This document shows, one piece after another, positions 28,221-44,996 of a stretch of 64,000 nt of DNA. Every line of letters begins with the position of its first letter. Positions within the stretch are counted from its first letter, which is position 1. The position numbers were made by a program, and so were the translations under genes. The notes under the pieces are model-generated. The model made no database searches. It had not been told where the DNA came from and saw only the letters and a program-made list of their open reading frames with translations. The stretch is from Eledone cirrhosa. Its lineage: Eukaryota. The DNA is taken from positions 85,250,001-85,314,000 of the forward strand of contig OZ024745.1 of the NCBI GenBank assembly GCA_964016885.1, read 5' to 3'.

Positions 28221-29022
28221 GAGAAAACTGAATTTAGAGATCCACAGACATGGAACTGGTTGAGAAGAGGAGACCTCAAAAAGGCTACAGAAGGAATGCT
28301 AATGGCTGCGCAGGAGCAGGCCCTCAAAACGAAGTGGTTGAAGCACCATATCTACAAGGAGGAGGCCAGCCCACTGTGCAGGATCTGTGGAGAGAGAGAG
28401 GAGACTGTGGCTCACATTGTGTCCGAGTGTAAACACCTAGCCCAGACCCACTATAAGGGCTGGAGACACGATGTGATGGGCAGGGTGATCCACTGGCACC
28501 TGTGCAAAGTAAACAATCTACCACATTCTGAGAAATGGTATGAGCATAGGCCAGAGGCGGTGATAGAGAACAATCAGGTGAAGGTGCTGTGGGATTTTAG
28601 TATACAGACGGACAAAAAACTGGAACACAATAGACCTGACCTGGTGGTTGTGGACAAAGAAAAAAGATCGTGCCTGATTGTGGATGTGGCCTGCCCGTTC
28701 GACACGAGAGTGCAAGAGAAGGAGAGGGAGAAAATTAACCGATACCAGGACCTAAAGTGGGAGGTGAAAAGGATTTGGAACTGCCATGAAGTCAAAGTGA
28801 TCCCGATTGTCATAGGCGCACTGGGGACTATCTCCAAAAGTTTCCAGGGATGGTTAAAGAAAATCGGCCCCTTCACGCTTTTTGGAACGCTTCAAAAGGC
28901 ATGCTTGCTTGGAACAGCAAGAACCCTCCGATACGTCCTGAATATCTGAGGCTGCAGGTAGTGGCTTGATATTCAATCCAACGAACTTTCCAGTTAACCA
29001 ACATCAATGACTGAGATTCAAG
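28221..29022 (+). mobile_element. 5'-truncated R4/Dong-like non-LTR retrotransposon (restriction-like endonuclease end) in (TAA)n
   Basis: ORF 28260-28949 has a CCHC knuckle (CRICG..ETVAHIVSEC), RHD, RPDLV..D and K..RY.DL. (TAA)n on both flanks. Confidence 0.9.
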
Positions 29023-29051
29023 GAATAACAATAATAATAATAATAATAATA

Positions 29052-29433
29052 ATTGTTTCTATTTTTGGCACAAGGCCAGCAATTACCCAATACATTACTG
29101 GTACTTTATTTTATCGACCACGTAAGGATGAAAGGCAAAGTCAACCTTGGCGGGATTTGAACTCAAACCATAAAGGGCCGTAACTCTTTGCTAAAAAGCA
29201 TGGTGCCCGACTCTCTACCAATACTGCCAATCCACCGCCCTAATAATAATAATTGTTTTACTTTGGGCACAAGGCCAGCAATTATCCCAGTGTATTACTG
29301 GTACTTTATTTTATCGACCCCGTAAGGATGAAAGTCAAAGTTAACCTCGGCGGGATTTGAACGCAGAATGGCAAGGGCCGTAACTCTATGCGTCAATGCA
29401 TGGCGTCCGACACTCTACCGATACTGCCAATCC
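29052..29433 (-). mobile_element. Two head-to-tail SINE family 1 copies
   Basis: 29052-29240 and 29252-29433, separated by (AAT)n tails. Confidence 0.85.
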
Positions 29434-30470
29434 CTTATTTTTAATAATAATAATTAATAATAGAAGAACAATGACACGTTTCTCGCTGCATCACTCGGGA
29501 TAAGTTTTTGCCCAATTTTGCATATTTACACCAACCGCAATCGGTCCAAAATAATATAATTGGTTTCCGTAAGGGACCAGGCAAGTGCTGGAAAAAAAAA
29601 AAAAAAAAAAGGCACAATAACTTTCGCACGGAACTGACTCTTGGGGGCCGTTTCAAAGTTAATCCTTACCTAATCCCCTAAAAAAGAATCTAAAATGGCC
29701 TTTCTCAAAAATTCAAAACCTTTTTGACAAGTAAGCGGAAGTTAGATGTCAATTTGGCTTGCAGCAATGACAACAGGTTTATAGTAGCCATCACAACAAC
29801 GCAACATCCCACCCCAATCCCGTTCTTTTGGATAGAAAGTTTAACTTAGCCGAAATAAAATACAAAAACAGCAACAACATTAGCAGCCCAAGTGACTTCA
29901 AAAAGTAGACATCAATCTATTTATAGGCTGGTGTTGCTGACTTAAAACGAAAAGAAAAACCAACAAAAAAACAATAACAATAAAAAAAGAAACAGCCATG
30001 GAGATCAGATAATTACAATGACGTCCACGCCACCACCACTATTACCACTACCACAGTAGCATTTGAAAAAAGTAACAATTTTATAAAAACAATAATACTG
30101 ATTTCATCACTAGTTACATCGAGCTCACATTAAGAAAATATTAAAGACAACACAAAGATCTTTAAGGGTAAATAATGATGAGCATGATATATACCATCCC
30201 AAATCCAGTGGTGGTGTCACGTTAAAAACATTTGTTAGTGCATCCTTAAATTCACTAATCCTCTTTATGGGTGTTTAAATGTCAAACCTAAATAGTTCAA
30301 ATAACGGTGAAAGGAAGACTGTAACTTTATGTAAAGGACTCTCACCCGGCAATTGCTCCCTGGCCCAGTAATAGGGATCTGGCTATCATCCTAATATTGC
30401 TGGTGCTGGAGGAAGAAGGAACGAGGCAAGAACCAACTAGATGAAGGAATTGTATAAAACTAGCTGGGAA

Positions 30471-30941
30471 ACCGCCGTGGCGAGCTTTGCCTTTCATCCT
30501 TACGGGGTCGATAAAATAAAGTACCAGTCACGCACTCAGAACGATTTAATCGACTTTCCTCTCCCCCAAAATTGCTGGCCTTGTGCCTATATAAGAAACC
30601 ATTATTATTACTGCGGTATGATCTGAGTTCAAATCCTGCCGAGGTTAACTTTGCCTTTCATCCTTCCGGGGTCGATAGAATAAAGTACCAGTAATGCATT
30701 GGGCAATTGCTGGCCTTGTGCCAAAATTAGAAACAATTATTATTACTGCGGTGAATTGGCAGTATCGGTAGAGGGTCGGACGCCATGATTTGACGCATAG
30801 AGTTACGGCCCTTGCCATTCTGAGTTCAAATCCCGCCGAGGTTAACTTTGCCTTTCATCCTTACGGGGTCGATAAAATAAAGTACCAGTAATGTACTGGG
30901 TATTTGCTGGCCTTGTGCCAAAAGTAGAAACAATTATTATT
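30471..30941 (+). mobile_element. Three head-to-tail SINE family 1 copies (first two 5'-truncated)
   Basis: A-box-like TGGCAGTATCGG, B-box GAGTTCAAATCC, block GCCTTTCATCCTTNCGGGGTCGATAAA and (ATT)n tails. Confidence 0.85.
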
Positions 30942-31485
30942 GCTTTGATATCTCAGTCGTTGTTATTAAACCGGAAAATTTGCTCTAATGAACATCAAAC
31001 CTTTAGTAGATTTAATCGATTGTCCCCACCCATAAAATTGCTGTTTTGTGCCTATATCAGAAACTTTTATTATTTTGCGTTTTGATTTACTAATTTCATT
31101 AATAATTATTTGTTGATAGGTGATTACAAACTAAAAATTAATTAGTGATTGTGAAACCCATGCACATATATGTGTGTACATATATCGTATATTATTAAAA
31201 TATTAAATACATTTCTTAAACTTCGTACTGTGATTCATCTTTCTTTAAACGTGTAAATTTTCACGTTTATGTTGTCAAGTTTCTCTCTCTCTCCCTCTCT
31301 CTCTCCCCATGACGTACATTATGTAAACATACCGTTGAAGGCCTTAAAGTTTAGGGACTCTTAGTTTTAACGGCTTAACATATTAAAATATTTCAGTTGT
31401 CGTGATGCTCCGATGAAAAGTTAAGGTGTTTTTTTAATGTTTTTTTTTAATTTTTGCTCAGATTTTACTATATGCACGCACGGAC

Positions 31486-31544
<59 letters not shown>

Positions 31545-31547
<3 letters not shown>

Positions 31548-31727
31548 GTTTCTACTTTTGGCACAAGGCCAGCAATTACACAGTACATTACAAGTACTTT
31601 ATTTTATCGATCCCGGAAGGATTAAAGGCAAAGTTAACCTCGGCGGGATTTGAACTCAGATTATAAAGGGACGTAACTCTATGCTTCAAAGCATTGTGTC
31701 CGACTCTCTATCGATACTGCCAATCCA
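31545..31727 (-). mobile_element. SINE family 1 copy
   Basis: Same sequence as 29052-29240. Confidence 0.85.
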
Positions 31728-31841
31728 ATATATATAATGATTGACTAAACACATACGTGCTTTCTCTCCAAAAATATTTCTTTCCGTTTTTTCCTCTTTT
31801 TCCTCTTTCTATTTTTCTAATTCTTTTATTTCTCATTGTAT

Positions 31842-31875
31842 CTTCTGATGAAAGATTAACATTCGAAACGTTAAG
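31842..31875 (+). ncRNA. Minimal HHR-like motif in an old pLTR-like fragment
   Basis: CTT-CTGATGA-(weak stem II)-GAAAC-GT-T-AAG. Confidence 0.45.
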
Positions 31876-31997
31876 TTTCTTTTTTCTATCATATCAAGCG
31901 CTAAACTAATATATATCTTTAGTATACCGTATCGTTTCACTGTGTTGTTTACCCGTTTACTTTTCACTTATATATATATATAGTATATATACGAACC

Positions 31998-32312
31998 TGA
32001 AGTTGGAGAATTGGATTTATAATCGGGAGATTATGAGTTCGATTCCTGGGTCGGATGATGCGTTGTGTCCTTGAGCAAGATACTTTGTTTCGCGCTGCTC
32101 TTGTTCACTCCACTGTAGAAATGTCTTACGACGTCAAGTTGTATCGGCCTTTGCCTTTCCCATGTACAACATCGGTGGCGGGCTGAGGGAAGACTGGTAT
32201 GCATGGGCGACTGCTGGTCTTTCACAAAACAATCTTGCTTGGACTTGTGCCATAGAGAGAGATTTCTAGGTGTAAAACCCATGGTCATTCATGACCGAAG
32301 GGGGTTTTGCCT
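31998..32312 (+). mobile_element. tRNA-derived SINE, family 2 (CORE/V-like central block)
   Basis: B-box GAGTTCGATTCC followed by GTGTCCTTGAGCAAGATACTT. Confidence 0.65.
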
Positions 32313-32611
32313 TTTATATATACAAATATACACTTAGACGTTCAATAAATATATCCAAAAATACATCATAAAGGGACAACGTCTTAATGTGCTTCGGCCA
32401 TCATATTGATGCCAATACATATTTTAATTTATAACTTACTATAGATTTCTATAGATTTCTATTTCCCGAAGTAGTATAATGGTACGGCACAAAATGTAAG
32501 AAAACACACACAGAGATTCGAAATATATACATGCTTCTAAAAATATGTATTTATGCAGTGTTGCAATTATCACCTCCGAGTATATTATCCACTGAATGGC
32601 TCATCTTTCAC

Positions 32612-32639
32612 CCCGAGCAATGCCGGGTACTACTGCTAG
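32612..32639 (+). mobile_element. Helitron-like 3' terminus
   Basis: GC hairpin CCCG-agcaatgc-CGGG followed about 8 nt later by CTAG then T. The 5' end was not located. Confidence 0.5.
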
Positions 32640-34512
32640 TAAATTTTAAAGTTATATCTGTGTAAATACAGTGTGCGTAACCGAGACTGCACCAACGTGT
32701 ATATACACGTGTATATACACACTTCTATGTAGGCTGGTAAACATGCCAGAAAATATGAATTTCCCCTGTAAAGTGAAACAAAAATTATCAAAAATTTTAA
32801 TCTATTTTCGGATCTTATTGAACCCTTATCAGAAGATGTGCATCAACTACAATCAAACACGTATTTGGAGGGTATATATACCCGTTCGCTCTAAGTATTG
32901 TTCTGAAATGGACATACTGATTTGCATATAATTAGCGCTCGTATTTGTAATTAATTAAGATACATATTAAGAGTGTGTACTGTTCACTGCGTGCTCGTGG
33001 AATTAATGTACAAGTAACTGAGCTAGAATATTCACTGATAATCGGACGCCCTAAGGTTTTTCTCTATCAGTTGACAGAAGAATAAAATAAGAAAGGAAAC
33101 AGAATTGATTTGAAAGTGAAGCATAGAGCTTACTGGCGGTTAACAGGTAGCTCGAAGTTTTACATTACCGATGTATGATTAATAATGCGTGAAACAGTGG
33201 GTATCATATTTCTTATTGGAGTTTAACGGAAGGTCAGTTTATCATTGAAATATATTCTCGGTGTTGAGTTTGGCGCATTTAGCTATTATTTTTTTTATTT
33301 GATTTTAGTAATATGACTTCAGTTAATAATTTGTGAATTAATAGTGATTTGAATGTTTCTCCTGTCCCATTATTTTTGACCTAGGAAGCCAAGACCGAAA
33401 TATGAACTACAGCGAGATACGAAATACATGACGGACAGCTTTGACATGTAAATCCAGCTTCAGTGATTTGGTAGCAGAATAACTTTAACCGGAATGCGGA
33501 GGGTAAAAGAAAGTAAAGTGAATGAGAAAATTCAACGTAATACAACCACAAGTGGATAAGTTACAGGAGAATATTCTGGAATCATTTCACAGTAAAGAAG
33601 TAAACAGAACATTTTCAAATAATATATACTTTTAAGGAGTAAAATAAATAATCCATGAGGGAAATTGTGGTGTGGGTTACGGTCGTCTAGTTTGAAACTC
33701 GTTTCAGTAAAAGGAAAAGTTTAGTCTTGGGTGTGTTAGCGATGAAGACAGAAACGCTGGATTTAATGAGGTAGGCAGATAAATCACTCGAGTAAGTGGA
33801 AGCACGCATGACTAGAGACGAGAATGTTCAGTAACAGCTGATGACGAGTAGGGAAAATTTGTTGGTCTTATTTGATGAATGAGAATTTTACTTGAAAGTT
33901 AATATCAGCTATCACAGCTATATTTAAGGTTGATGTTGGAGAAATATTTGAGGTTTTGTAAATAGTGTAAGAAAGGGGTTAAAACGAAATAAGCTGAACG
34001 GAAAGAGTTCACCTCGCTGTTGTCGGACATAAAATGTCTCAATCGTTCTACGACAATTGTTTTAGGTAATGAAATATTGTATTGTGTTAAGAAGAAAACG
34101 GTTGCAAATAAGGATTCTCATACCTAATTAGTAAAACAAAATATGCAAAAATATATATATATTTGGGAATTGTATATCATAATATTTTTATTTATATCTA
34201 ATGTAGATATTTTAGGGAGCTAAACTATTTTATTCAGTTCAGTTTTTCGTTGTGTTTATTTCATCAACTTTACCAAACATTTATTTTGTAGCTGCCCAGA
34301 AAAGTTCATATTTATATTAAGTTAAGGTTTGGATCAAAGAACCTATTGAATATTTTGCCAATATTCACTTGATATATATACTGTTTTATTTAATTTATCG
34401 ATAAAATAAGCACTGGAGCCAATATGATCGACTAAACCTTGAAGGTGATGCTTCAGCATAGCTCCAGTATATAACTGCCACCAGCAAAACAATAAAACAA
34501 TATATATATATT

Positions 34513-34599
<87 letters not shown>

Positions 34600-34662
34600 A
34601 TATATATATATAATATATATATAATATATATATAAAATATATATATATTATATATATATAAT

Positions 34663-35500
<838 letters not shown>

Positions 35501-35507
35501 TATATAT

Positions 35508-35838
35508 GTAGAAGTTCTATTTAAATTGTTGGGATACAACAAGCAAATATTTTTATAACAAATATAAAGCACTCAACAAATAACTGCAGTAAAAATACGA
35601 TATTAACAAATGGAAACTATATTTATAAAACGATATTTATTTCATTATACATATTTAAAGGACACCAAGTTAAATACACTAATGGTCGCATTAATGAAGG
35701 GTATGTCAATATTTATTTATAAAACTACTCGATATTATATTTTATCTGATGAAAGTACGCCATAATTTAACTTGGTGTCCTTGAAATATGTATAATGAAA
35801 TAAATATGGTTTCATAAATATCGTTATTAATATCGTAT
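35508..35838. mobile_element. PLE pLTR relic with inverted arms (related to 52280-52540)
   Basis: 35615-35677 is inverted relative to 35764-35838. HHR-like CTGATGA...GAAATATGTA at 35746-35792. Confidence 0.6.
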
Positions 35839-36258
35839 ATATATATAGATATATAATATATATATAATATATATACAATATATATATATAATATATATAT
35901 ATAATATATATATATATATACATAATATATATATATATATAATATATATATATATATATGATATATATATATGATATATATATATATATTATATATATAT
36001 ATATATATTATATATATATATATATGTTATGTATATATATATATTATATATATATTATATATATATATATAATATATATATATAAAATATATATATAATA
36101 TATATATAATATATATATATAATCGATAAATATAATATATATATATATATAATATATATATACATATAATATATTTATATATATAATATATGTATATATA
36201 ATATATATATATATTATATATATATATATATTATATAATATATATATATAATATATAT

Positions 36259-36299
<41 letters not shown>

Positions 36300-36508
36300 T
36301 ATATAATATATATATATATAATATATATATGATATATATATATAAAATATATATATAATATATATATAATATATATATATAATCTATAAATATAATATAT
36401 ATATATAATATATATATATAATACATATATAATATATATATATATATAATATATATATATAATATATATATATATAATATATATATAATATATATATATA
36501 ATATATAT

Positions 36509-36551
<43 letters not shown>

Positions 36552-36575
36552 TATAATATATATATAATATATATA

Positions 36576-36797
36576 GTTATGTAATAAACAACACAAGGCA
36601 ATTATTTCATTTACCAGTGGTTTCTTAAAAGCAAAAAATTTTGCTTTCAATCATCAGAATGAAAAAATCCTGGCATTGGATTTTAAAAACAAAAATGCAA
36701 TCTATATGAAAGTGAGGCTGGAGAAGGAAGAAGGAAAGGAAAAATAAAATAAAAACACACATGCAAACACACACACACAATTATATACATACACATT
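36576..36797 (+). repeat. Unique-sequence block duplicated at 45309-45530
   Basis: Near-identical ~220 bp, preceded in both places by similarly interrupted TA arrays. Confidence 0.85.
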
Positions 36798-37030
36798 ATA
36801 TTATATTTATATATTATATATATATATATATTATATAATATATATATATAAATAATGTATATAATATATATATATATATAAATATATATAATATATATAT
36901 ATATAATAAATATATATAATATATATATATATATAATATATATATATATATAATATATAAATATAATATATATATGTAATATATATATATATATATATAA
37001 TATATATATATATAATATATATATATATAT

Positions 37031-37141
<111 letters not shown>

Positions 37142-37153
37142 TATATATAATAT

Positions 37154-37185
<32 letters not shown>

Positions 37186-37740
37186 ATATATATATATATA
37201 TAATATATATATATATTATATATATATAATATATATATAATATATATATATATATATTATATATATATAATATATATATATAATATATATATAATATGTA
37301 TATATATAATATATATATAATATATATATAATATATATATATATAATATATATAATATATATAATATATATATATATAATATATATATATATAATATATA
37401 AATATATATATATTATATATATATATATAATATATATAATATATATATATATAATATATATATATATATTATATATATATAATATATATATATAATATAT
37501 ATATATATAATATATATATATAAAAATATATATCTATTATATATATATATAATATATATATATATATATAATATATATATATAATATATATATATAATAT
37601 ATATATAATATATATATATATATGTATAATATATATACATAATATATATATATATTATATATATATAATATATATATATAATATATATATATGTATAATA
37701 TATATATATACATAATATATATATATATATATAATATATA

Positions 37741-38555
37741 TACGTTATTCCGGGTTGAATCGGAGGTAACCACAGTAAGTAAGGTACTCAATACATAGCA
37801 GAGTATAACAGTTTTAATATAGAAGAGATTCTACAGGACTAGAACTGTTTCATTCATTAGAAATCATCAGGAATCTGGGTATCAAAAAATAAATATGGTA
37901 TTTATAGGTCTCTACAGGTGGTAGGAGAGGGTGGGGAGTGGGATGGGTGCAGGTCATTGGTTGATAGAAAAGGGAATTCATTAAAAGCTAATTCTACAAA
38001 GCTATAGTTTATTTTTATTTTTATTTATATTTATTTATGTTTTTAGAGTAACAAAGGCAGACAGAATTCTATAAACAGGTTCCGGATGGCATACCATTCC
38101 TTGTCAATAAGTTTCTCTTAAGCTAACAGATGTCTATAAAGTCAGTGGGGGGTCAGTCATGGTCGATAGAGTTAAAGAAAAGGGAGATTCTTTAAAAGCT
38201 AAAGTCATTAAGGTTCTACTAAGTGACAAAGGTCCAGAGAATTCTGCAGACAGATTCAAAATACTGAGTGCATATCTTACTATTATCTTCGAACTTCTCT
38301 TAAACTAATCAACTATATGCCATAAATCAACAGACACATTCACAAAAAAACAAAAAAACAAAAAAACAAAAAAACACATACTCACTCACACACTTACGCG
38401 CAACCATAAACACACACACAAACACATATACACATATAAAAACACACACACATATATAAAAAATATATAAATATATATAAATATAAATATATATTCATGT
38501 ACACACACATACATACACACATACATACATACATACATATACAATACATATACAC

Positions 38556-38630
<75 letters not shown>

Positions 38631-38655
38631 CATACACATATACATATACACAGAT

Positions 38656-38728
<73 letters not shown>

Positions 38729-38783
38729 CATATACATACACACACACATACACACACACATATACATACACACACACATACAT

Positions 38784-38844
<61 letters not shown>

Positions 38845-38963
38845 TACATATACACATACATATATACACACATACACACACATACATACACACATACACA
38901 TACATATACATAAACATACATACATACATACATACATACAAACACATATATACACATATATAC

Positions 38964-39054
<91 letters not shown>

Positions 39055-39164
39055 CACATACACAAACATATACATACATATACATACATAAATATACACA
39101 CATAAAACACATATACACACAAACATATATATATACACATATACATATACACATATATACACAC

Positions 39165-39227
<63 letters not shown>

Positions 39228-42200
39228 TACACATATACACATATACAAACAAATATATACACATACAAGTAAATAGGTACTCAATAAATATACGCATATA
39301 CGCAGGCACATAAAGACACCTCTACAGGCAGAAAATGTAGATACGAAAGAGGTACTCACATAACCATAGTGGCCGTGTTTCAGGTTGAGGAGGGGTGGGG
39401 GTAGGGTGGGGAGGAGGTATAGGGGCCAATAGGGGGAGGTCGTTTTTAGCCATCGGGCTTTAACACTGGCTTAAAATGTTTGAATGTTGCAAAGTTCTTG
39501 TGCATGCAGTTCGGGCAGTGTTCAGAGAGTTTGTTCAGTAGCGGGCCCTTGGCGAATAATATTTCGTAGCTCTCTGAAATACAAAGGTCGCAGCCCTTGT
39601 GTCCTTCGTTGTAAGAGCGCGCTTTCTGGAGTATTTTCCAATTAAGCGTGAAGGGGGTGGAGTTCCTTTTGAGGTCCCAAACGTAGGAGGCGAGTGTTCT
39701 TTGATTTGATTTATCCGGTCTTCTGAAGGAGTGGGTATGGGCATACCAACGGGTCTTAAAGTTGTTGGAGGTCATGCCGATGTAAGATTTTTTGCAATCC
39801 TCGGTGCCTGAGATGACATCGCATTTGTACACGATGTCATTTGTGAGGCATTTGTTTTCTAGTGGGCATGCTTCCTTATTTAGGCAATTACATAGAGCCC
39901 CAGTCCGGGGATTGGTTTCGGAGGTGGTTGGCTTATTTAGTTTAGAGTTGTGGTTGGCTATATTCCTAGCTAGATTAGGTGTGGTGGAGTAAGACAGTCT
40001 TATAGTGTTCTTATTAAAGATGGTGTAGTACTTATGTTGTATGGGGAAGTGTAATTTCAGTAAAGTGAAGAAAATCCTAGCTATCGGAGTAGATACCTCT
40101 CTATTGAAGGGAGGGTTGTACCAGCTAATCTGCCTATGTCTATTCCTCCTCTGCAATTTTGCAGTGGTTTCTAGGTAAGTTATCTTATCTTTAAATCCGC
40201 TACGGGCTAGGGCGTCATTGTAGTAGGAGGCAGATGCATTAAAAATATCTTTGTTGGCGGAGAGGCCAGATATTCTAATAGAGACGATTTTTACTAGGTT
40301 ATCAGTGATGTTTTGGGGGTGGTTTGAATTAACATTAATATATTTAAGGGACTCGTTAGGTTTGTGGTACGGGTAATAGAGGGAAGTATCTAGGTCGAGA
40401 GTGACATCTAAGAAGTTGGCCCTAGTCAAATTAGAATCTATAGTTATACTAAATCCTAGATTAGAGAAGAAAGAGCTTAAGTTTTTCCGAAACCCATCGG
40501 TGGTTCTGGGGCTAACCTTATGCAGGGCGAAGAGGCCGTCGTCTCGGTATAAACCTCCAGTTAGGCCGGTAAAGAGGTTCTTCAGGTTATGTAGGATGTA
40601 CAGGCCCACAAGATCGCTAATTTCAGCCGAGTCGCTCGCCCCCATGCTAACGTCAAATGGGGTCTGAGATTTCTTGTTGATCCAGTAAGATCCATCGTGG
40701 TATAGAAAGGTCTTACGAGCGTGGAGGATAATAACTTGCTCAGCATCGGTAATGGTGGTAAAATTCCTGGCAAAGTTAATTGCGTCCTTCAGGAGGGGCT
40801 CCGAGATAGAGGCATAGTAGTTTTCTATGTCGAGTTGCAGGAAGCGAGTGTGGTGTTTATCGGGTAATTCTTGGAACCATGATATTGGCTCAGAGTGGAA
40901 GTGGTGAGGCTGCCCGCAATGATGGTAGAACTCTATCCAGGATCTTCTTACTGATAGAGCCGATGTCAGAACGAGTGGGGTTGATAAGTCTGACTGATGG
41001 TTTGTTGAGGAAATTTCCCTTATGGTCCTTAAGGGTAAAGTGCGGGGTCTTTACCCTTAAAGGTTCGGTTCGGTCATGTAATTTAAGGGACTTGGCGATT
41101 TCTTTTCCGGCCGCGTTTGTCTCAGTCAGCGCCCTCTCTATTACCTTTTTGTAGGTGGTCGTGATGGTATTTTTTGCCAGCTTATTGTAGGTCTGTGGGT
41201 CTACCTCATAAACGTTTTTGGTTTTATCGGAGGAGACATAAAGATTAGGGGATTTTTTTATTTTCCGTAATTCGGCATTTAAGTAGGCCTGGAATGGTGT
41301 GGTGGCTCTACGGAATTTAATATCCTTGATCATCTTGAAGAGGTCTTCTTCAAATGGTTGGAGTAGGGTGTTGGTGGGTGGTGTCTTATTCGTTTTGAAG
41401 CCGAACTTCTCATCATTGGTAGATGCTACATCAGGGTTGTCGAGGAAGAAGGCCCTCCATCTAATTCGCTTGATGAACTCGTCGGTACGTCTGATGAGTG
41501 TTTTTAAGTATAGTTTCCTTGGAGGGATAGGGATGTTCTTCAAGGAAATATCAAGGTCGAGTTTGGTCAGCATGATTTCTTGATGATGGTTATAAGGGGC
41601 ACAGAGAGTGCTAAAATGTACGTTATTCCGGGTTGAATCGGAGGTAACCACAGTAAGTAAGGTACTCAATACATAGCAGAGTATAACAGTTTTAATATAG
41701 AAGAGATTCTACAGGACTAGAACTGTTTCATTCATTAGAAATCATCAGGAATCTGGGTATCAAAAAATAAATATGGTATTTATAGGTCTCTACAGGTGGT
41801 AGGAGAGGGTGGGGAGTGGGATGGGTGCAGGTCATTGGTTGATAGAAAAGGGAATTCATTAAAAGCTAATTCTACAAAGCTATAGTTTATTTTTATTTTT
41901 ATTTATATTTATTTATGTTTTTAGAGTAACAAAGGCAGACAGAATTCTATAAACAGGTTCCGGATGGCATACCATTCCTTGTCAATAAGTTTCTCTTAAG
42001 CTAACAGATCTCTATAAAGTCAGTGGGGGGTCAGTCATGGTCGATAGAGTTAAAGAAAAGGGAGATTCTTTAAAAGCTAAAGTCATTAAGGTTCTACTAA
42101 GTGACAAAGGTCCAGAGAATTCTGCAGACAGATTCAAAATACTGAGTGCATATCTTACTATTATCTTCGAACTTCTCTTAAACTAATCAACTATATGCCA

Positions 42201-42435
42201 TAAATCAACAGACACATTCACAAAAAAACAAAAAAACAAAAAAACAAAAAAACACATACTCACTCACACACTTACGCGCAACCATAAACACACACACAAA
42301 CACATATACACATATAAAAACACACACACATATATAAAAAATATATAAATATATATAAATATAAATATATATTCATGTACACACACATACATACACACAT
42401 ACATACATACATATACAATACATATACACATATAC

Positions 42436-42480
<45 letters not shown>

Positions 42481-42505
42481 CATACACATATACATATACA
42501 CAGAT

Positions 42506-42588
<83 letters not shown>

Positions 42589-42717
42589 GATACACACACA
42601 CATACACATACATACACACACACATGCATATATACACAAATAAATACACTCACACGCATACATACAAACACGAGTATACATATGTATAAATATTTATACA
42701 CACACAGACACACACAC

Positions 42718-42749
<32 letters not shown>

Positions 42750-42765
42750 ATACATACACATATAT

Positions 42766-42797
<32 letters not shown>

Positions 42798-42867
42798 ATA
42801 CATATACAAATATATATATATATACACACATACACACATATATATATACATATATACATACAAATAT

Positions 42868-42912
<45 letters not shown>

Positions 42913-42921
42913 CATATACAT

Positions 42922-42996
<75 letters not shown>

Positions 42997-43002
42997 CACA
43001 TA

Positions 43003-43034
<32 letters not shown>

Positions 43035-43082
43035 CACACACACACACGCGCACACACATACATACATACACACACACACATG

Positions 43083-43178
<96 letters not shown>

Positions 43179-43233
43179 CATATACATACACACACACATA
43201 CACACACACATATACATACACACACACATACAT

Positions 43234-43288
<55 letters not shown>

Positions 43289-43421
43289 TATACACATACA
43301 TATATACACACATACACACACATACATACACACATACACATACATATACATAAACATACATACATACATACATACATACAAACACATATATACACATATA
43401 TACATATATATATATATATAC

Positions 43422-43482
<61 letters not shown>

Positions 43483-43592
43483 CACATACACAAACATATA
43501 CATACATATACATACATAAATATACACACATAAAACACATATACACACAAACATATATATATACACATATACATATACACATATATACACAC

Positions 43593-43645
<53 letters not shown>

Positions 43646-44140
43646 TACACATATACACATATACAAACAAATATATACACATACAAGTAAATAGGTACTC
43701 AATAAATATACGCATATACGCAGGCACATAAAGACACCTCTACAGGCAGAAAATGTAGATACGAAAGAGGTACTCACATAACCATAGTGGCCGTGTTTCA
43801 GGTTGAGGAGGGGTGGGGGTAGGGTGGGGAGGAGGTATAGGGGCCAATAGGGGGAGGTCGTTTTTAGCCATCGGGCTTTAACACTGGCTTAAAATGTTTG
43901 AATGTTGCAAAGTTCTTGTGCATGCAGTTCGGGCAGTGTTCACTATAGCTTTGTAGAATTAGCTTTTAATGAATTCCCTTTTCTATCAACCAATGACATG
44001 CACCCATCCAACTCCCCACCCTCTCCTACCACCTGTAGAGACCTATAAATACCATATTTATTTTTTGATACCCAGATTCCTGATGATTTCTAATAAATGA
44101 AACAGTTCTAGTCCTGTAGAATCTCTTCTATATTAAAACT
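37741..44140 (-). mobile_element. Penelope-like element (YRDD lineage): inverted piece, direct 5' pLTR, ORF and 3' pLTR/tail
   Basis: 37741-39545 is directly repeated at 41619-43941; 43942-44140 is inverted. HHRs at 37827-37875(-), 41705-41753(-) and 44075-44123(+): GATTC-CTGATGA-t-TTC-taat-GAA-t-GAAACAG-ttctagtc-CTGT-A-GAATC. Confidence 0.92.
39446..41573 (-). pseudogene. PLE RT-GIY-YIG ORF, broken near 40890 by a TGA and a small deletion
   Basis: Motifs FGFKT..TPP, SDKT, TLKDHK..F..PSVRLINP, LDIENYYASI, MGASDSAE, LYRDDGL, NFLDVT, WYNPPF, IVYKC..YIG and CDLC.SE. Confidence 0.9.
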
Positions 44141-44496
44141 ATAATATATATATATATATATAATAAATATGTATGATATGTATATTTTTATTATATATAT
44201 ATATAATATATATATATATATGATATATATACATTATATATATATATAAATATATATAATATATATATATAATATATATATATAATATATATATATAATA
44301 TATATATATAATATATATATAATACATATATGTAATATATAAATATAATATATATATATAATGTATATATATATATATATAATATATATATAATATATAA
44401 ATATATATATATATATTATATATATATATAATATATAAATAGATGTAATATATATATATATATATAATATATATATAAATAATATATATATATAAT

Positions 44497-44555
<59 letters not shown>

Positions 44556-44962
44556 CATATATATAATATATATATATGTATAATAGATATATATATATAT
44601 AATATATATATAATATATATATATATGTATAATATATATATATACATAATATATATATATATATTATATATATATATATGTATATAATATATATATATAT
44701 AATATATATATATATGTATAATATATATATATATATAAAATATATATATAATATATATATATATGTATAATATATATACATAATATATATATATATTATA
44801 TATATATAATATATATATATATATAATATATATATATGTATAATATATATATATACATAATATATATATATATATATATATAATATATATATATATATAA
44901 TATATATGATATGTATATATATAATATATATATAATATATATATATATAATATATAATATAT

Positions 44963-44996
<34 letters not shown>

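Noticed and set aside
30748-30845. tRNA gene
   Set aside because: The A/B boxes belong to a SINE head, with no complete cloverleaf.
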